Part shown: positions 26,726 to 40,127 of the stretch, piece after piece
Layout: the number at the start of each line of letters is the position of its first letter
How positions within the stretch are numbered: the first letter of the stretch is position 1
Source: Rhynchobatus australiae
Lineage: Eukaryota
Assembly (NCBI GenBank): GCA_034780895.1
Contig: JAUZTB010000098.1
Span: 72,718,014 to 72,782,013, forward strand
Direction: 5' to 3'
Length of the DNA stretch: 64,000 bases
Made by a program: the position numbers and the translations under genes
Notes under the pieces: generated by a model
Told to the model about the DNA's origin: nothing
The model's input: the letters and a program-made list of their open reading frames with translations, nothing else
Database searches by the model: none

Positions 26726-27959
26726 ACTGCATCTGCACTTGTTGGTAAGTGCCGTAGCTACATGATTGCCAGGTTGTGGGAGGTGCTGAAATGGTAAATC
26801 CTCTCTGCAGTTTACCAGAGCCCATGTCCATGCAGTGTAACCAATGTGTCAGCACACTGATGATCTGCATATTCCTATTATGGGCTGATGCATGTTTCTC
26901 ACCGTAAAAGCTTTCTGGTCTTGAGTGTGGAGTCTGCAATGGAGTCAGAAACGAGGGATAGAGTGGCAACTTGCTGGTCTAATATGAAGTCCAGAAAGCA
27001 CAGCAGAATGGCCCAAGGTAAGCCATTCTGTGAGATGACTGGGTGTCTGGTCCTGACCATTAAGGTCTTCTGCACAAACCTGTTAAATGTGGAGGGAATG
27101 AAATCCTTTGTGGTTTGGGAATATTCTTATTGCTTGGGATGGAGCTCTTTTGGCAAGGTGGGTGGAGTTAATCATTGCCTACAGCAACAGGAAGCCCACA
27201 ATGTTGGCAAATCCCCATCTGGGGGCTGCCTGCTGCTCCCTGCCCCACCAATAGATGAACTTCCTTCTCCTAGAATGAACAGCCTTTATCAACTCCTAAA
27301 GTGAAGGTGTATTCCAAATTGCAACCCTTTGCAAATGTTCCCAACACTAGCCTGGGAAGACCCTGAATAAAGAAACAGAGGGTTGCAGATAAAGTGGCTC
27401 TTTCGCAGACCTGAGGCTGATGTAGTGTCAGCAGCCAGCGGCAGATCTATCACCTCATCCTTCCTGAAGCAGAGTCTCTGCAAGCATTGCTCCTAGTTAA
27501 TTTTCATATAGGACCACTGCTCCTTGAAGACATATTGTAGATATGCATTCCTGCTCAAACCCTTTCTTCTCCTCCGCTGCTCCCTCTTCTGGCAAGCTGG
27601 CTTCCTCAATGTTTCCTTTGCTCCTTCTAATCATGCCAGAGGGCCAAAGAAGCAGCTACCAATGGATCACCTTCTGCTAGCAAAAACAGTCTCAATCCCA
27701 ACCCCAACCCCAGCACTCACTTTGGAGTTTAGGAAATTATATCTCTGCAATCAGATCAGGTTCTCTCCAACAATCTCCTCCAACTGAATCACTGACAGGC
27801 AAGTAGATGATGGAAAATTCCTTTATAAAATTCAGATGTGGGTGTTTCTTCCTATCACTTAATTTGTTCAAAATCGCAGGCAGCACCAAACATTTGCACT
27901 CACAATGCATGAATGAAATTGGAAACAAAATGGAACTGAACATTGGGAAGAAAAAACCT

Positions 27960-28310
27960 GTGCTATAGAGCCCAATTTCACAGCCAAGGTAGGAAGCAAT
28001 TTGTGGGCTGTTACTTCACACAAACACAAAAGGTGATGGATGACTAATTCTATTTTTTTGGCTGTGTTGGTTGTGGGATAATTGTTAGCTGCATTACTAG
28101 GATAACTTTCCTGACCTTCGAGGGGAGCCATTAGATTTTTTTAATCCATTTGAATTATTGGTTGGTACCTCTGCTTGTTGAATAATCTGAGAGATGGTAC
28201 TTCTGGTATGCAGCATACTCTCAGTCATCCACTCCAGTAAATATTAAGCAGAGATTAGGTTACAGTGGGGTTTGAACCCATAACAATTTGGTTCAGAGAA
28301 GTGTGCAACA
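27960..28310 (-). mobile_element. Ancient Deu-domain SINE (SacSINE/AmnSINE-like), decayed
   Basis: cacaaacacaaaaggtgatg..gttggttgtgggataa..cagcatactctcagt..ggtttgaaccc pattern; related copies at ~20640-20790(-), ~45380-45660(-) and ~46960-47170(+). Confidence 0.55.
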
Positions 28311-28319
28311 AATTTCTTA

Positions 28320-28920
28320 GAAGGTTAAGGAGCTTCGGCTTATCACTGAACACTCCAACAAACTTCTACAGATGTACTGTTGAAAGTATCCTGACTTGAT
28401 GCATCATGGTCTGGAATGGCAATTCAAACATGCAGAAATGCAAGAAGCTGCAGAAAGCGGTGGACTCAGCCCAATACATCATGGGCACAAGCCTCCCCAC
28501 CATTGGTGGTATCTACATGAGGCACTGCCTCAAAAAGGCAACATCCATCGTAAAAGATCCCCACAATCTGGGCTGTGCCATCTTCTTGCAGCTGCCATCA
28601 GGCAGGAGGTACAGAAGCCTTAAGTCCCACACAACCAGGTTCAAGGACAACTACTTATCTTCAACCATTCGGTTCTTGAACCAACCAGCACAACCCTAAT
28701 CATTAGAGTTTAACAATACTATGACCACTTTGCACTACAATGGACTATGTTTTTTTTTGTTCTAATTGCGTTCTCTCTTCTAAAAATTGAGTATAATTTA
28801 TGTTTAGTTTATGTTTTTCTTGTGAATGTTGCTTATATGATGCTATGTGCCTGTGATGCTGCTGCAAGTAAGTTTTTCATTGTACTTGTGCATATGACAA
28901 TAATCTTGACTTTGATATTT
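28320..28920 (+). mobile_element. Rex1/Babar-type LINE 3' fragment
   Basis: KKLQKAVDSAQYIMGTSLPTIGGIYMRHCLKKATSIVKDPHNLGCAIFLQLPSGRRYRSLKSHTTRFKDNY. Confidence 0.85.
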
Positions 28921-31900
28921 GGAAGGCCTACATAAGATGAGAGAACATGGCTTGCATTCCACGAGTATGCTAACCTTAACCATCCTGGTATCAATGTCTT
29001 GCAAAGGCTTTAAATGTAAGAATAAACTTTAAGTCATCTGATTCTCCTCAATGATCTCAATGAATACTTTGGCTGCAGCCTTTTGGTTATTTTCACCCAA
29101 ATGGAATATCTCCCAATCCAATCCAAATGATTTCCTTGGTTTAGTTCTCCCCTGTCAGCACCAGCATTCTGATATCCTGGCACAGTATCTGATGCTGTCA
29201 GTTCTGTTCTCCTNNNNNNNNNNNNNNNNNNNNNNNNNNNNNNNNNNNNNNNNNNNNNNNNNNNNNNAACCTCACTACTTGCTTGTAAATTAGTATATAT
29301 CCCTGCTATTAGTGTCATGTCGAAAAGCCTGACTCGCTTTAACTAAGATTAGCAGCATGATGAACATCAAGACAAATGGATCACCATGGTGATAAATTCT
29401 ATTAAAGTTCACCCAATCTATAAACACAGTGCCAAACAAGTTCTGATACTGCAACTGACTGACCCCACATTTTGCTGGTAATTCCTCTGCATGCTTACAG
29501 TGAATTGATTCTTGTCAAAAGACAGAGCAGCTGGATGCTTACAGTCATGAAACTCGAACCTCAGAACCCTGCCAACAGCAGAAGATTTACATCTCTTCTA
29601 TAGACTGAGACGTGGTAAGGCTGAACTGAAAACTCTTAAATGCTCTTAAAACATAGTGGCCAGGATTTTGCTATCGTCAGCAAGGGCATCAAAAAAAATT
29701 TGAATGAGTATTACCCACCAATGCCCTTGAACACTGGAGGAACTTCCTTCTGAAAGCAAGGCAAAGGTAAACTTTCCAACTCGAGAAACTTCCTTGCAGA
29801 ATGATGACATAGCATGAAGGCACAATGGTAATAGAAATTTTAGGCTGCAGAAGCTCTGGTCTCATAGGCATTTCATTTGTGCATTTCAGAAAATTTAAGC
29901 AACAAGGAAAGTAAATGCGAAGCAAGGTCACTGCATAAAATGATCAGCACAGCTGTGTGAGGTGACTCAGGAGGTGTAGTGAGGGTGCGTTGTGGTGGGA
30001 CAATTCCAACTTTCTGGAAACCTAAGAACTTTACAGTGCGTTATCTTTTGATTCAGTTCATTGGTGTGGCTATTAGAAACTTTCTTAGATGACCATTATT
30101 AACCACTTTTCAAAATGTTCCTTGGCACCAATTCTTAACATGCAAAACAGTTCAACAGCAATGTCCTCAAGGATGAAATGGGAAAACTTAGTAGTATCAA
30201 ATTGCAAAACTACTCTGAAGATTTTCTCCATCCACAATGTATTTGATGATAAATCGAAGCAGGCAGTCTCATTTTTGAAGATTTTCACATTACATACTTT
30301 CTTAGATTCGATTTCACCAGCCACATTGCAAGCAATTCTTATAATCTCTGTAACCTACAGTGCATTGTAATCTACCTGATATCCAGAGGGACGTAAGGCA
30401 GCTCAGGTGTTTCATCATGAAAATATAATTCTGTGTTTGAGATACAGTGTACCCCCGCATTATGGCTGTTTGGGTAACGGAAATTTTCCCTTACAGAATT
30501 CACAAATCACTACCTAAAAATTTGAAAAATGGAATAAAATTCACTCTCATGGAATTTATGCGGAAAAAAAAACACAAATTCTATTTTTATCAACTCGCAT
30601 TTCTTGGTGGTTGGGCAGATGATGTGGTATCAGGTTATATTAAATCGTGATGAAGACCGTTTTCTAGAAACACAACACCCCCCCCCCCATCCCTGTAGTG
30701 TGGGGATTGCCTGTACCAGAAGAGTGTTCATTGGTTTCACGTCCACATATGTATTTTTCAACAATGGAAAGAACAATTTAAGAAATCAAAGTGAACAAAA
30801 AAAAACATTTGGGGGTCATGTGAAGTTACATTTTAAAATAGCATCATGCCTATTCATTCTAGTGTTATTTTCAGTGGTGTGTGCGTGGTTTATGAGTGAA
30901 AAGGAAAAAGATAAGGTTTACAAATGGAAAGGCTGCCTCCAATACTTGTCAAGGCAAGCTTATTATCTGTCCAATCTTTAGCTGAAAATGGCCTTCCTAA
31001 TTGAAAACTGGTAAACGTTCAATGCAATAAATTCTCTTTGCCTGTTAACGCAGTGATGGAAACGTGCAGCTACCACTGCTAATATTTACAGCACGTCCAA
31101 GCCAATTTATTTTCTCAAAATCAAATGTACCATCAATTATATCTTATTATGATGAACTGCTCTTCCATTATGAGCTAGACTAATTGGAAGTAAAATTCCA
31201 GTGAATCTGGAAACATACATTGGAAAGATCTTCCTGGATTTGCACAGAAGCGCTGGGCTCAAAAAAAATAGTAGAGCAGGTCAGACAGACACTAGTTAAA
31301 AACAATACCCAATTCTCTGCAGTAAATGAATGAGAGGGAGTTAAGACCAAGGGTGGAATTTACATAAAGGAACCTTTAAAAGCAAGGGCATAATTGAGCT
31401 GATGAAGTGAAAGGGGGGAAGGAGGGAAAGATGGAAGAAGAAGAACAAGGAAGGGAGACAACAGAGTGACCAAGAAGGCAAGAAGTAGTTAATCGACACA
31501 GACAGATTAAAAGAGTACATAAAAAGTTCACTTAAAGTATGTGATCACTTTGGGTTAAAGAAAGGCAATTATAACCAATTGCCAAATGGTAAGAGTCTAG
31601 GAACTGTGCAAAAGCAAGAGAATTTAAGTGTCCAAGTAAACAAGTNNNNNNNNNNNNNNNNNNNNNNNNNNNNNNNNNNNNNNNNNNNNNNNNNNNNNNN
31701 NNNNNNNNNNNNNNNNNNNNNNNNNNNNNNNNNNNNNNNNNNNNNTGACTAAAAGCTATTGGCTAATAAATGGTTGGTGGCTAGACATTTTTACTTCAAA
31801 AGACAAAATGGAGAAAGTTATGCTTGTATTGAAAAGAACCTTTATCAGATCTCATCTTGTGTACAGCCTGTAATTTTGGCACTGCATTTTGGAGGTACTG

Positions 31901-32255
31901 CTGAATTACCAGAAATGATCAAATATAAGGATGCATGTCAACAGAATTTCAGCCATAAAACAAGCAAATTAAAATGGAATTAACCATCAGAATGTCTCAA
32001 AGACCTGATTCTGCCTGGCACCAGGTTGGCCTGTTTGGAAGGACATCACAAGTTAAGAATGTAGTTGACTTATATACTTAAAGAAGATCCTGCTGCCTTC
32101 CGGATGGGGTCCCAATCATCTGCTCAAAAGGAGCCATCTCCAGGAAAGGACTGAGACCAGAGGCAATGTAAGCTGCTACAATTAATTAAACAACCCATTC
32201 CCCTGGGTTCTGCTAGGTGAGCATATGAGATCGTACTTTGAGAGAACATTCATAC

Positions 32256-32357
32256 CTGACTCATCGGTATCTTGATCCTCAAATGGACCAGCTGCCACTC
32301 CTATTTCCATGCACTTCTTGCTATGAGCCTTGGATTTCATGTGTTTGGTCAGGTTTC
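32256..32357 (-). CDS. HIVEP1: HIVEP1 exon completing the last C2H2 zinc finger
   Basis: Acceptor ttttttccccaaAG, donor G|gtatga; 102 nt. Translates (G)[33 protein letters not shown]. Not in the ORF track. Confidence 0.95.
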
Positions 32358-33439
32358 CTTTGGGGAAAAAAACAAAAACAGGAGCTGAAGCACTTTTAAT
32401 CTCACAGTTGAGTCACAAGTGGAGTAGTTCAAATTTTATGTTATCCTTGTAAATCTATCAACTAATCTATTTCTCTTCAATATTCAATTTATCAATAATC
32501 CCTGTAAGAAGTCAACAATAACCAATGTTGTATAAACTCTATAGAAATCAGATGGGAACCCTTTATTATTCAATCATTGGCCTCATTTTTGCTGCAAAAT
32601 CAAATCATGGGCAAAGGTCCATAGGGCAGAAATGCATCGAGGCTTAGCGACAAGCCAAAATAGGAAGATGCCGNNNNNNNNNNNNNNNNNNNNNNNNNNN
32701 NNNNNNNNNNNNNNNNNNNNNNNNNNNNNNNNNNNNNNNNNNNNNNNNNNNNNNNNNNNNNNNNNNNNNNNNNNNNNNNNNNNNNNNNNNNNNNNNNNNN
32801 NNNNNNNNNNNNNNNNNNNNNNNNNNNNNNNNNNNNNNNNNNNNNNNNNNNNNNNNNNNNNNNNNNNNNNNNNNNNNNNNNNNNNNNNNNNNNNNNNNNN
32901 NNNNNNNNNNNNNNNNNNNNNNNNNNNNNNNNNNNNNNNNNNNNNNNNNNNNNNNNNNNNNNNNNNNNNNNNNNNNNNNNNNNNNNNNNNNNNNNNNNNN
33001 NNNNNNNNNNNNNNNNNNNNNNNNNNNNNNNNNNNNNNNNNNNNNNNNNNNNNNNNNNNNNNNNNNNNNNNNNNNNNNNNNNNNNNNNNNNNNNNNNNNN
33101 NNNNNNNNNNNNNNNNNNNNNNNNNNNNNNNNNNNNNNNNNNNNNNNNNNNNNNAAAAACTTGACTTGCACAATGTATTTATTTTGTAATTTATAGTAAT
33201 TTTATGTCTTTGCACTGTGCTGCTGCCGCAATACATCACATTTCACATCATCCAAGTCAGTGATACTAAAGCTGATTCTGATTCTGGATATCCCACTATC
33301 ACTTTTAAGTATCTTCGGTGCCACAGAGCATGAAAGATTCTTTTTGCTTCCTGTCCTGGCAAACCAGAGCTGTAAATATCTTTGTTAGGCACGTTTTCCA
33401 CTCTGTTCTCAAGGCTGCAAGTGATGGCCAATAAATGGA

Positions 33440-33742
33440 GCCATAGAGCACAGGACAGGCCATGCCACCCATTTTACACTAATCCCATTGTATTCTCCGT
33501 ACATTGCCATTAACCACTCCCCCCACCCCCCACCTTGATTCCACCACCGACTTATACTCTAGAGTGGCCAATTAACCTACCAACCTGCAAGAATTTGGGA
33601 AGAAATGGAACACCCAGAGGAAACCCACGTACACATATGGAGAATGTGCAAACCCCATGCAGACAACACTCAAGGTCAGGAATGAACCCAAGTTCTGGAA
33701 CTGTGAGGCAGCAGCTCTGCAAGCTGCACCACTGTGCCACCT
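33440..33742 (-). mobile_element. tRNA-derived SINE (V-SINE/HE1-like)
   Basis: Minus strand: A-box TGGCACAGTGG, B-box GGGTTCATTCC, core GTGGGTTTCCTCTGGGTG..GCAGGTTGGTAGGTTAATTGGCCAC. Confidence 0.85.
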
Positions 33743-34164
33743 TTATATCCTGCTAATGTCACCCTGCAATTACACACAGCTGTAGATATTCTACTCTACA
33801 GGATCAGTATCATCTAAGAGTTAAATCACAAAACCTAAAGGTTGGTAGAAATTCAACCTCAGTCAGGAGCATGACAGGTAACAGGATGGTGTTGGTGAGT
33901 TGTACTCCACTTCTGNNNNNNNNNNNNNNNNNNNNNNNNNNNNNNNNNNNNNNNNNNNNNNNNNNNNNNNNNNNNNNNNNNNNNNNNNNNNNNNNNNNNN
34001 NNNNNNNNNNNNNNNCCTCAGTCAGGAGCATGACAGGTAACAGGATGTTGTTGGTGAGTTGTACTCCACTTCTGAGATTTTCTGACTTTAATGCAATGAA
34101 TTTCAATGCCAGAGCAGAACATGCAACTACCAGCATTTGGATAGATGGAGTCTGATTAGGAGGA

Positions 34165-35425
34165 GTCCACACAGCTTTGTGCATGGAAAGTCATGCTTGA
34201 CGAACCTTTGGAGTTTTTTTTTAAAGAGGTAACCAAAAAGGTAGATGAGGGCAAGGCAGGAGATATCGTCAATTTGGACTTTAGCAAGGCCTCAATAAGG
34301 TCCTGCATGGTAGGCTGGTCTGTAAGGTTAGGCCCCATGAAATTCAGGGAGAGCTGGTTAGGTGGATTCAAAGGCAGCTCAGATGTAGGAAGCAGAGGGT
34401 GATGGTTGAAGGTTGTTACGCGGAATGGAGGTCGGTAACTTGTGGTGTGCCACAGGGATCGGTGTTGGGACCCTCGTTTTTCATCATTTATATAAATGAT
34501 TTGGATGTGAATGCACAAGGCTTGATCAGTAAGTTTGCGGATGACATGAAATTGGGAGGTGTTGTTATCGTAGATTACTGGGCGATCTTGATCAGTTCGG
34601 CAAGTGGGCTGAGGAGTGGCAAATGGATTTCAATATAGGTAAATGTGAGGTGATGCATTTTGGAAAGTCATATCAACATAGGACTTATAGTATGAATGGC
34701 AGGGCACTAGGGAGTGTAAGGGAACAGAGGGACCGAGGAATACAAGTGCATAGTTCGTTGAAAGTGGCGTCACAGGTAGACAGGGTGGTGAAAAACATGT
34801 TTAACACACTGGCCTTCATCAGTCAGGGCACTGACTATCGGAGCTGGGACATCATGCTGCAGGTGTATAAGTCATTGGTGAGACTGCACTTGGAGAACTG
34901 TGCACAGTTTTGGTCACCCTTTTCTAGGAAAGACATGGTTAAACTGCAAAGAGTGCAGAAAAGATTTATGAAGATATTGACAGGACTGGAGGGCCTGAGT
35001 TATAGGGAGAGTTTGGCCAGGCTAGGTCTTTATTCCTTAGGACGTAGCAGAATGAGGGGTGATCTTATAGAGGTTTATAAAATCATGAGGGCCATAGATA
35101 AGGTGGATGGTAGCAGTCTTTTCCCCAGAGAGGGGAGCCCAAAACTAGGGGNNNNNNNNNNNNNNNNNNNNNNNNNNNNNNNNNNNNNNNNNNNNNNNNN
35201 NNNNNNNNNNNNNNNNNNNNNNNNNNNNNNNNNNNNNNNNNNNNNNNNNNNNNNNNNNNNNNNNNNNNNNNNNNNNNNNNNNNNNNNNNNNNNNNNNNNN
35301 NNNNNNNNNNNNNNNNNNNNNNNNNNNNNNNNNNNNCAGGAAATTGGGACTAGATAGGTAGGCACCATGGTTGGCAGGGGCTCGTTGGACCTGTATCCAT
35401 TCTGTACTGCTCTATGACTCTATGC
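34165..35425 (+). mobile_element. CR1 LINE RT domain and 3' end (antisense to HIVEP1)
   Basis: LDFSKA, VTCGVPQGSVLGPSFFIIYINDLD, ISKFADDMKLGG, KCEVMHFG, RMRGDLIEVYKIMR; frameshifted; ends ctctatgactctatg. Confidence 0.92.
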
Positions 35426-35678
35426 TGATGTGGCTATATTGTACATTTAGTGACCAGCATGAATTGTTAGTTATCTTTGCTACTTTTTTTAATGTAGGGT
35501 GTGTCATTTTAGGAAGGAGAATAAAAAGGTGAAGCTTGGGAAAATTACCTGTATTGGGCACATAATATTCTTCATCAGTTGGACTATCACTGAAGAATGA
35601 CACGGGTGTGTTAGGCATGCAAATAGGAGTTTGACAAGGAAATAATTTGCAGCTGCTGTAGCAGTGTTAACAACTTAC

Positions 35679-35854
35679 CTTTAGTTTTAAAGGAGAAGTT
35701 GCAGTAGTTGCAATGATAAGGGCGGAGGTCAGTATGAGTGCGGATGTGCTTTCTCAACATGCTGGGCTTCTTGCAACGTATCCCACATTCCTCACAAATG
35801 TACTTTCCCCTCCCTCGGCCCCGAACATACACATACTCTTCATTTGACTTAAAT
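35679..35854 (-). CDS. HIVEP1: HIVEP1 exon encoding the C-terminal C2H2 zinc-finger pair
   Basis: Acceptor ttcaacttgtAG, donor G|gtaagt; 176 nt. [58 protein letters not shown]. Confidence 0.97.
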
Positions 35855-36929
35855 CTACAAGTTGAAAGAAAAATTGCATTACAATTTAGTATTATTTTCA
35901 TCTTTGAGGATGCAAAAGCATTGATAATAAGATTCAGAACAAAGTCAGATTATTATGGAATGAAAACATAAAACATAGAACATTACAGCACAGGAACAGG
36001 CACTTAGCCCATGATGTCTGTGCTGAACATGATGCCAAATGAAACTAACAGTATGGCTGGTATTACCCTACGACTGCCTTGGTGAAGCAGCCAGCATAGT
36101 CAAAGACCCCACCCACCCGGGTCATTCTCTCTTCTCCCCTCTCCCATCAGGCAGAAGATACAGGAGCCTGAGGGCANNNNNNNNNNNNNNNNNNNNNNNN
36201 NNNNNNNNNNNNNNNNNNNNNNNNNNNNNNNNNNNNNNNNNNNNNNNNNNNNNNNNNNNNNNNNNNNNNNNNNNNNNNNNNNNNNNNNNNNNNNNNNNNN
36301 NNNNNNNNNNNNNNNNNNNNNNNNNNNNNNNNNNNNNNNNNNNNNNNNNNNNNNNNNNNNNNNNNNNNNNNNNNNNNNNNNNNNNNNNNNNNNNNNNNNN
36401 NNNNNNNNNNNNNNNNNNNNNNNNNNNNNNNNNNNNNNNNNNNNNNNNNNNNNNNNNNNNNNNNNNNNNNNNNNNNNNNNNNNNNNNNNNNNNNNNNNNN
36501 NNNNNNNNNNNNNNNNNNNNNNNNNNNNNNNNNNNNNNNNNNNNNNNNNNNNNNNNNNNNNNNNNNNNNNNNNNNNNNNNNNNNNNNNNNNNNNNNNNNN
36601 NNNNNNNNNNNNNNNNNNNNNNNNNNNNNNNNNNNNNNNNNNNNNNNNNNNNNNNNNNNNNNNNNNNNNNNAGCTATACCCTCCAGTATTTAACATTTCT
36701 ACCCTGGGAAAAAGACTCTATCTATCCCATTTATGCCTCTCATAATTTTAAAGAACATCAACTCATATTTTCAGAGAAGATGCTGAAGGTAAACTTGGGC
36801 AAGATATGGACTTGTCAACACATGGAACCTAACCACTAGCCACAACCTCTTATAAAAGTGCTATCACTCTTGGTCTCATGCTTCAGAGGAGGATGAAAGT
36901 AGTAGGTAATCCAATCAGTTTCTGAGATG

Positions 36930-37372
36930 GGATGATTGCCTTTTAAGGAGAGATTAAAAGAAACTGGGTTTATATTCTCTTCATTTGAAAAGAATGAGGG
37001 GTGATCTCTTTGAATTATTCAACATTCTTACTGCACTTAACTGGATTTATGCAGGGACAATGCTTCATTCTTCTGGGCTGTCTAGAACGAGAGGTCACAG
37101 TCTCAATGTAAGTGGTTAGCGATTCAGGATGGGATGAGAAGAAATTTCTTCACCCAGAGGGTAGTGAATCTTTGGATTTCCCCACCTAAGTGGGCTGTGA
37201 AGATTCAGTCAGAGTATTTTCAAGACAGNNNNNNNNNNNNNNNNNNNNNNNNNNNNNNNNNNNNNNNNNNNNNNNNNNNNNNNNNNNNNAACACCGAGGA
37301 AAAAAGATCAGCCATGAACATACTGGATGATATGAGGGGCCAAATGACCAATTCTTGCTTCTATTTCACGTG
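36930..37372 (+). mobile_element. CR1 3' end, older
   Basis: agaatgaggggtgatctc..MRRNFFTQRVVNLW.. Confidence 0.75.
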
Positions 37373-37394
37373 TTTATGTACTCAGACATGCTTG

Positions 37395-38175
37395 TCTAGA
37401 AATTGGATTGCACCTACCTTTGCACTTCTACCCAAGCTGTTCCAGTACAATTACAACACTGGCATCTATCCAACAATATGAAAAATTGCTTTATTACATC
37501 CCCTTTACTAAAAGTAGAACAAACCAATCATCAACTCATCAGTCAGCTATCAATTATCAGTAAAGTGATGAAAGATGTCATTGATATAGTTCTGTTGATA
37601 AGCACTTATTCACTCCTAATTTACTCCCAACCAATGCCCAGTTTGGGTTACACTGGGACCACTTGGCTCCAGACCTTATCACAACCTTGGTCCAAACACA
37701 GACCAAAGAGTTGAATTCTAGAGGCAAGGTGAAGTGGGAGTGATTGCTGTTAACTTCATGGTAGCAATTGACTGATTGTGGCAACAAGGTGCCCTGATAA
37801 AACCAAAGTCAATGGAAGCAAAGGGAAAATACTTCACTGCTTAGAATCATATCTCCCAAAAAGGAAAGGTAGTTGTGGTTGTTGTAAGTCAATAACCCGA
37901 GACCTAGGACATTAACGCAATGTCCTAGGCCTAACCATCTTCAGCTGCTTCATCAATGACTTTCCTTCCATCATAAGATCAGAAATGGGGATATTCGCTG
38001 ATGATGGTACAGTGTACAATTCCATTTACAACGCCTGAGCAAATGAAGCAGTCTATGCCTGTACGCAGCAACAGCTAGGCAAAATTCAGGTAAGGGGTGC
38101 GAAGTGGCAATTATCATTCACTCCATAAACGTGCCATCTCCAAGAAGATAGGGCTTAACCACCTGCCCTTGATTG
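37395..38175 (+). mobile_element. CR1/L2-superfamily LINE RT fragment (second family)
   Basis: KLFQYNYNTGIYPT, SIISKVMK, VLGLTIFSCFINDFPSIIRSEMGIFADD. Probable 3' parts of the same family at ~60330-60780, ~61260-61480 and ~7040-7340(-). Confidence 0.75.
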
Positions 38176-38811
38176 CTATCTTGGTACTTGTGCACCTCTA
38201 GTGTGTCCATGCTCAGCTGCTGTGTTTGGAGAACACACTGATGCGAGTAGCCATGGAAGTAAAGGATAGTCCTGGTCTCCTAGGATTCATCCCAGCAGGC
38301 AATTTGGGCCAATGAAAATACCTGGCAGTGTATTTTCCTTAAGGATTAAGGAGGCATGCCTACTTCCTGGAAATGTGACATTCAGGAAATTGTTCTTGTG
38401 ACCCACAACAAACTGCACATTTAAAAACATGTGACTTTGCAAATTCAATGGAGCTTGATTTCAATGGAACTGAATGCATGGCCTTTAAGTACAACTAGTG
38501 GCCAATACACAAGTGTTTGTTTAGTATTATCGACCAAAGGCAAGTTTCACCTTGTACAACTGCATGGTTACAGGCTGCTTGGATAAGGAGTGGAGGGGGG
38601 AGGGAAATGTGATAGTTTATTTGTTTCAGTGTGACTGGCACAATGCTTAAGCTGTCCCTGGCACATTGAGCATCAATGATATGAGCTACTCTGGCAATGA
38701 GTCACCCGTTGTTCTCTTCTTGCCATTATGATTCTCATTATATAAGGAATACCAAGTAACTGTTTCTCCTGTCTCTGGTCCCTGATGTTGTGAAACTTAT
38801 TGCTATTCATT

Positions 38812-39110
38812 CAGAGAATCATAGTCATATAGCACAGAAACAGACCCTTTGGCCCATTTCATCCATGACAACTTTTTTGCTCATCTACACTAATCCCATT
38901 TGCCCACATTAGGGCCATATCTTTCTATGCCTTGTCTATTTACGTGTCTGTCTAAAGGCCGCTTGAACATATTAAATTGCATCTGATTCCACCACCTTCT
39001 CTGGCGGCACATTCCATAAATCAACCACTCTCTGAAAAAAAACTATTCCTCAGATTCCTTTTAAAACTCCTTCCTCTCATATTAAACCTATCTTCTTTTT
39101 GATACCCTTG
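38812..39110 (-). mobile_element. CR1 3' end
   Basis: catatagcacagaaacagaccctttggccc..cacattccataaatcaaccactctctgaaaaaaa. Confidence 0.75.
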
Positions 39111-39169
39111 AGTTTCAAGTTGACCAGGACAATACAGGTTAGCTGATATGAACATACAAATGGTTGATC

Positions 39170-39840
39170 AGATAAATGTGTACTTTAATTTGTTTGTGGC
39201 TCATTCAGCAGAAGTGCTACTTTGGGTTACATCATTAATGTAGATGTACTGTTGTTGAGAGATTCTTGCTGTCCGCACTTCTGTTCTGTATCTGCATTCC
39301 TCCTCCGCACACAGAACATAGCTGCAATATGGATCACCAGATGTAATAATAGCATGATCTTTGTAAAGATCCCGGGTCAATGACAAAATGCTTCAAGGAT
39401 GACTTGAGCGAGTTCTTGAAATGTTTCTTTTATCTACCCACAGGTGGGTTACCTTCTTTTACAACTGCTTATCTGTCATCTGGATAACAAGGTCTGTCTA
39501 TCTTATCCACAATCTCATCGGCAATGTGTTACTACTAAGAATACAGGTATGTGTGAGAATCTTAGTGACAAGTTTATTCACCATCCAGAGTGGCAGCTCA
39601 ACATCAAGCTACACCATGTCATGTAGAATGCCTTACACTGCCATCATTTAATGATCCTTACTGGTAGATACTGAAAGGCACCTTCAGATCAGTCCATGCA
39701 GCTGGAACACAACTTGAACAGGCAGATGGCTTGCCTGAGAGCACAAATGATTACAAGGCATTGTAAAGTTCCTGATGTTAAGTGATGCAGTTCTTCAAAG
39801 GTGCAATCAGCCACATTGAAGGGGATATCCTTTGTAAACT
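39170..39840 (-). mobile_element. RTE LINE 3' region, decayed
   Basis: Minus strand KKHFKNSLKSSLKHFVIDPG (cf. KKRFKDTLKASLKxFxIDP). Confidence 0.55.
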
Positions 39841-40127
39841 ATCAGCAACCATAAAACATAGAAAAGTACAGCCCACTAACAAACCCTTTGGCCAATGATG
39901 TCTGTGCCAAACACGATGCCAAATTAAACTAATACCAATTAAGGCTGTATCCAGGTCTCAACAGGACAAGGATGTAGGACTTCCACAAGTTCCTGGCTAC
40001 CAGGAAATTTGGTGCACTCCTATATACGCTGCCTTTATGTTTGCAAACTGGTTGACATTGACATAATAAAATCCCTTGTAATTAACCAAGGCTTGAGGAT
40101 GAACTGCTATGATGATCGCAACCTTTA

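Noticed and set aside
26725-27800. Several 64-138 aa ORFs in an unassigned stretch
   Set aside because: No recognisable motif or splice context; probably an old repeat I cannot classify.
33660-33742. tRNA-like A and B boxes as tRNA genes (also ~11070-11135 and ~40130-40200)
   Set aside because: These are SINE heads followed by SINE bodies; no intact cloverleaf seen.
34623-35357. 244-aa RT-like ORF as an active or domesticated gene
   Set aside because: Part of a 5'-truncated, frameshifted CR1 copy.
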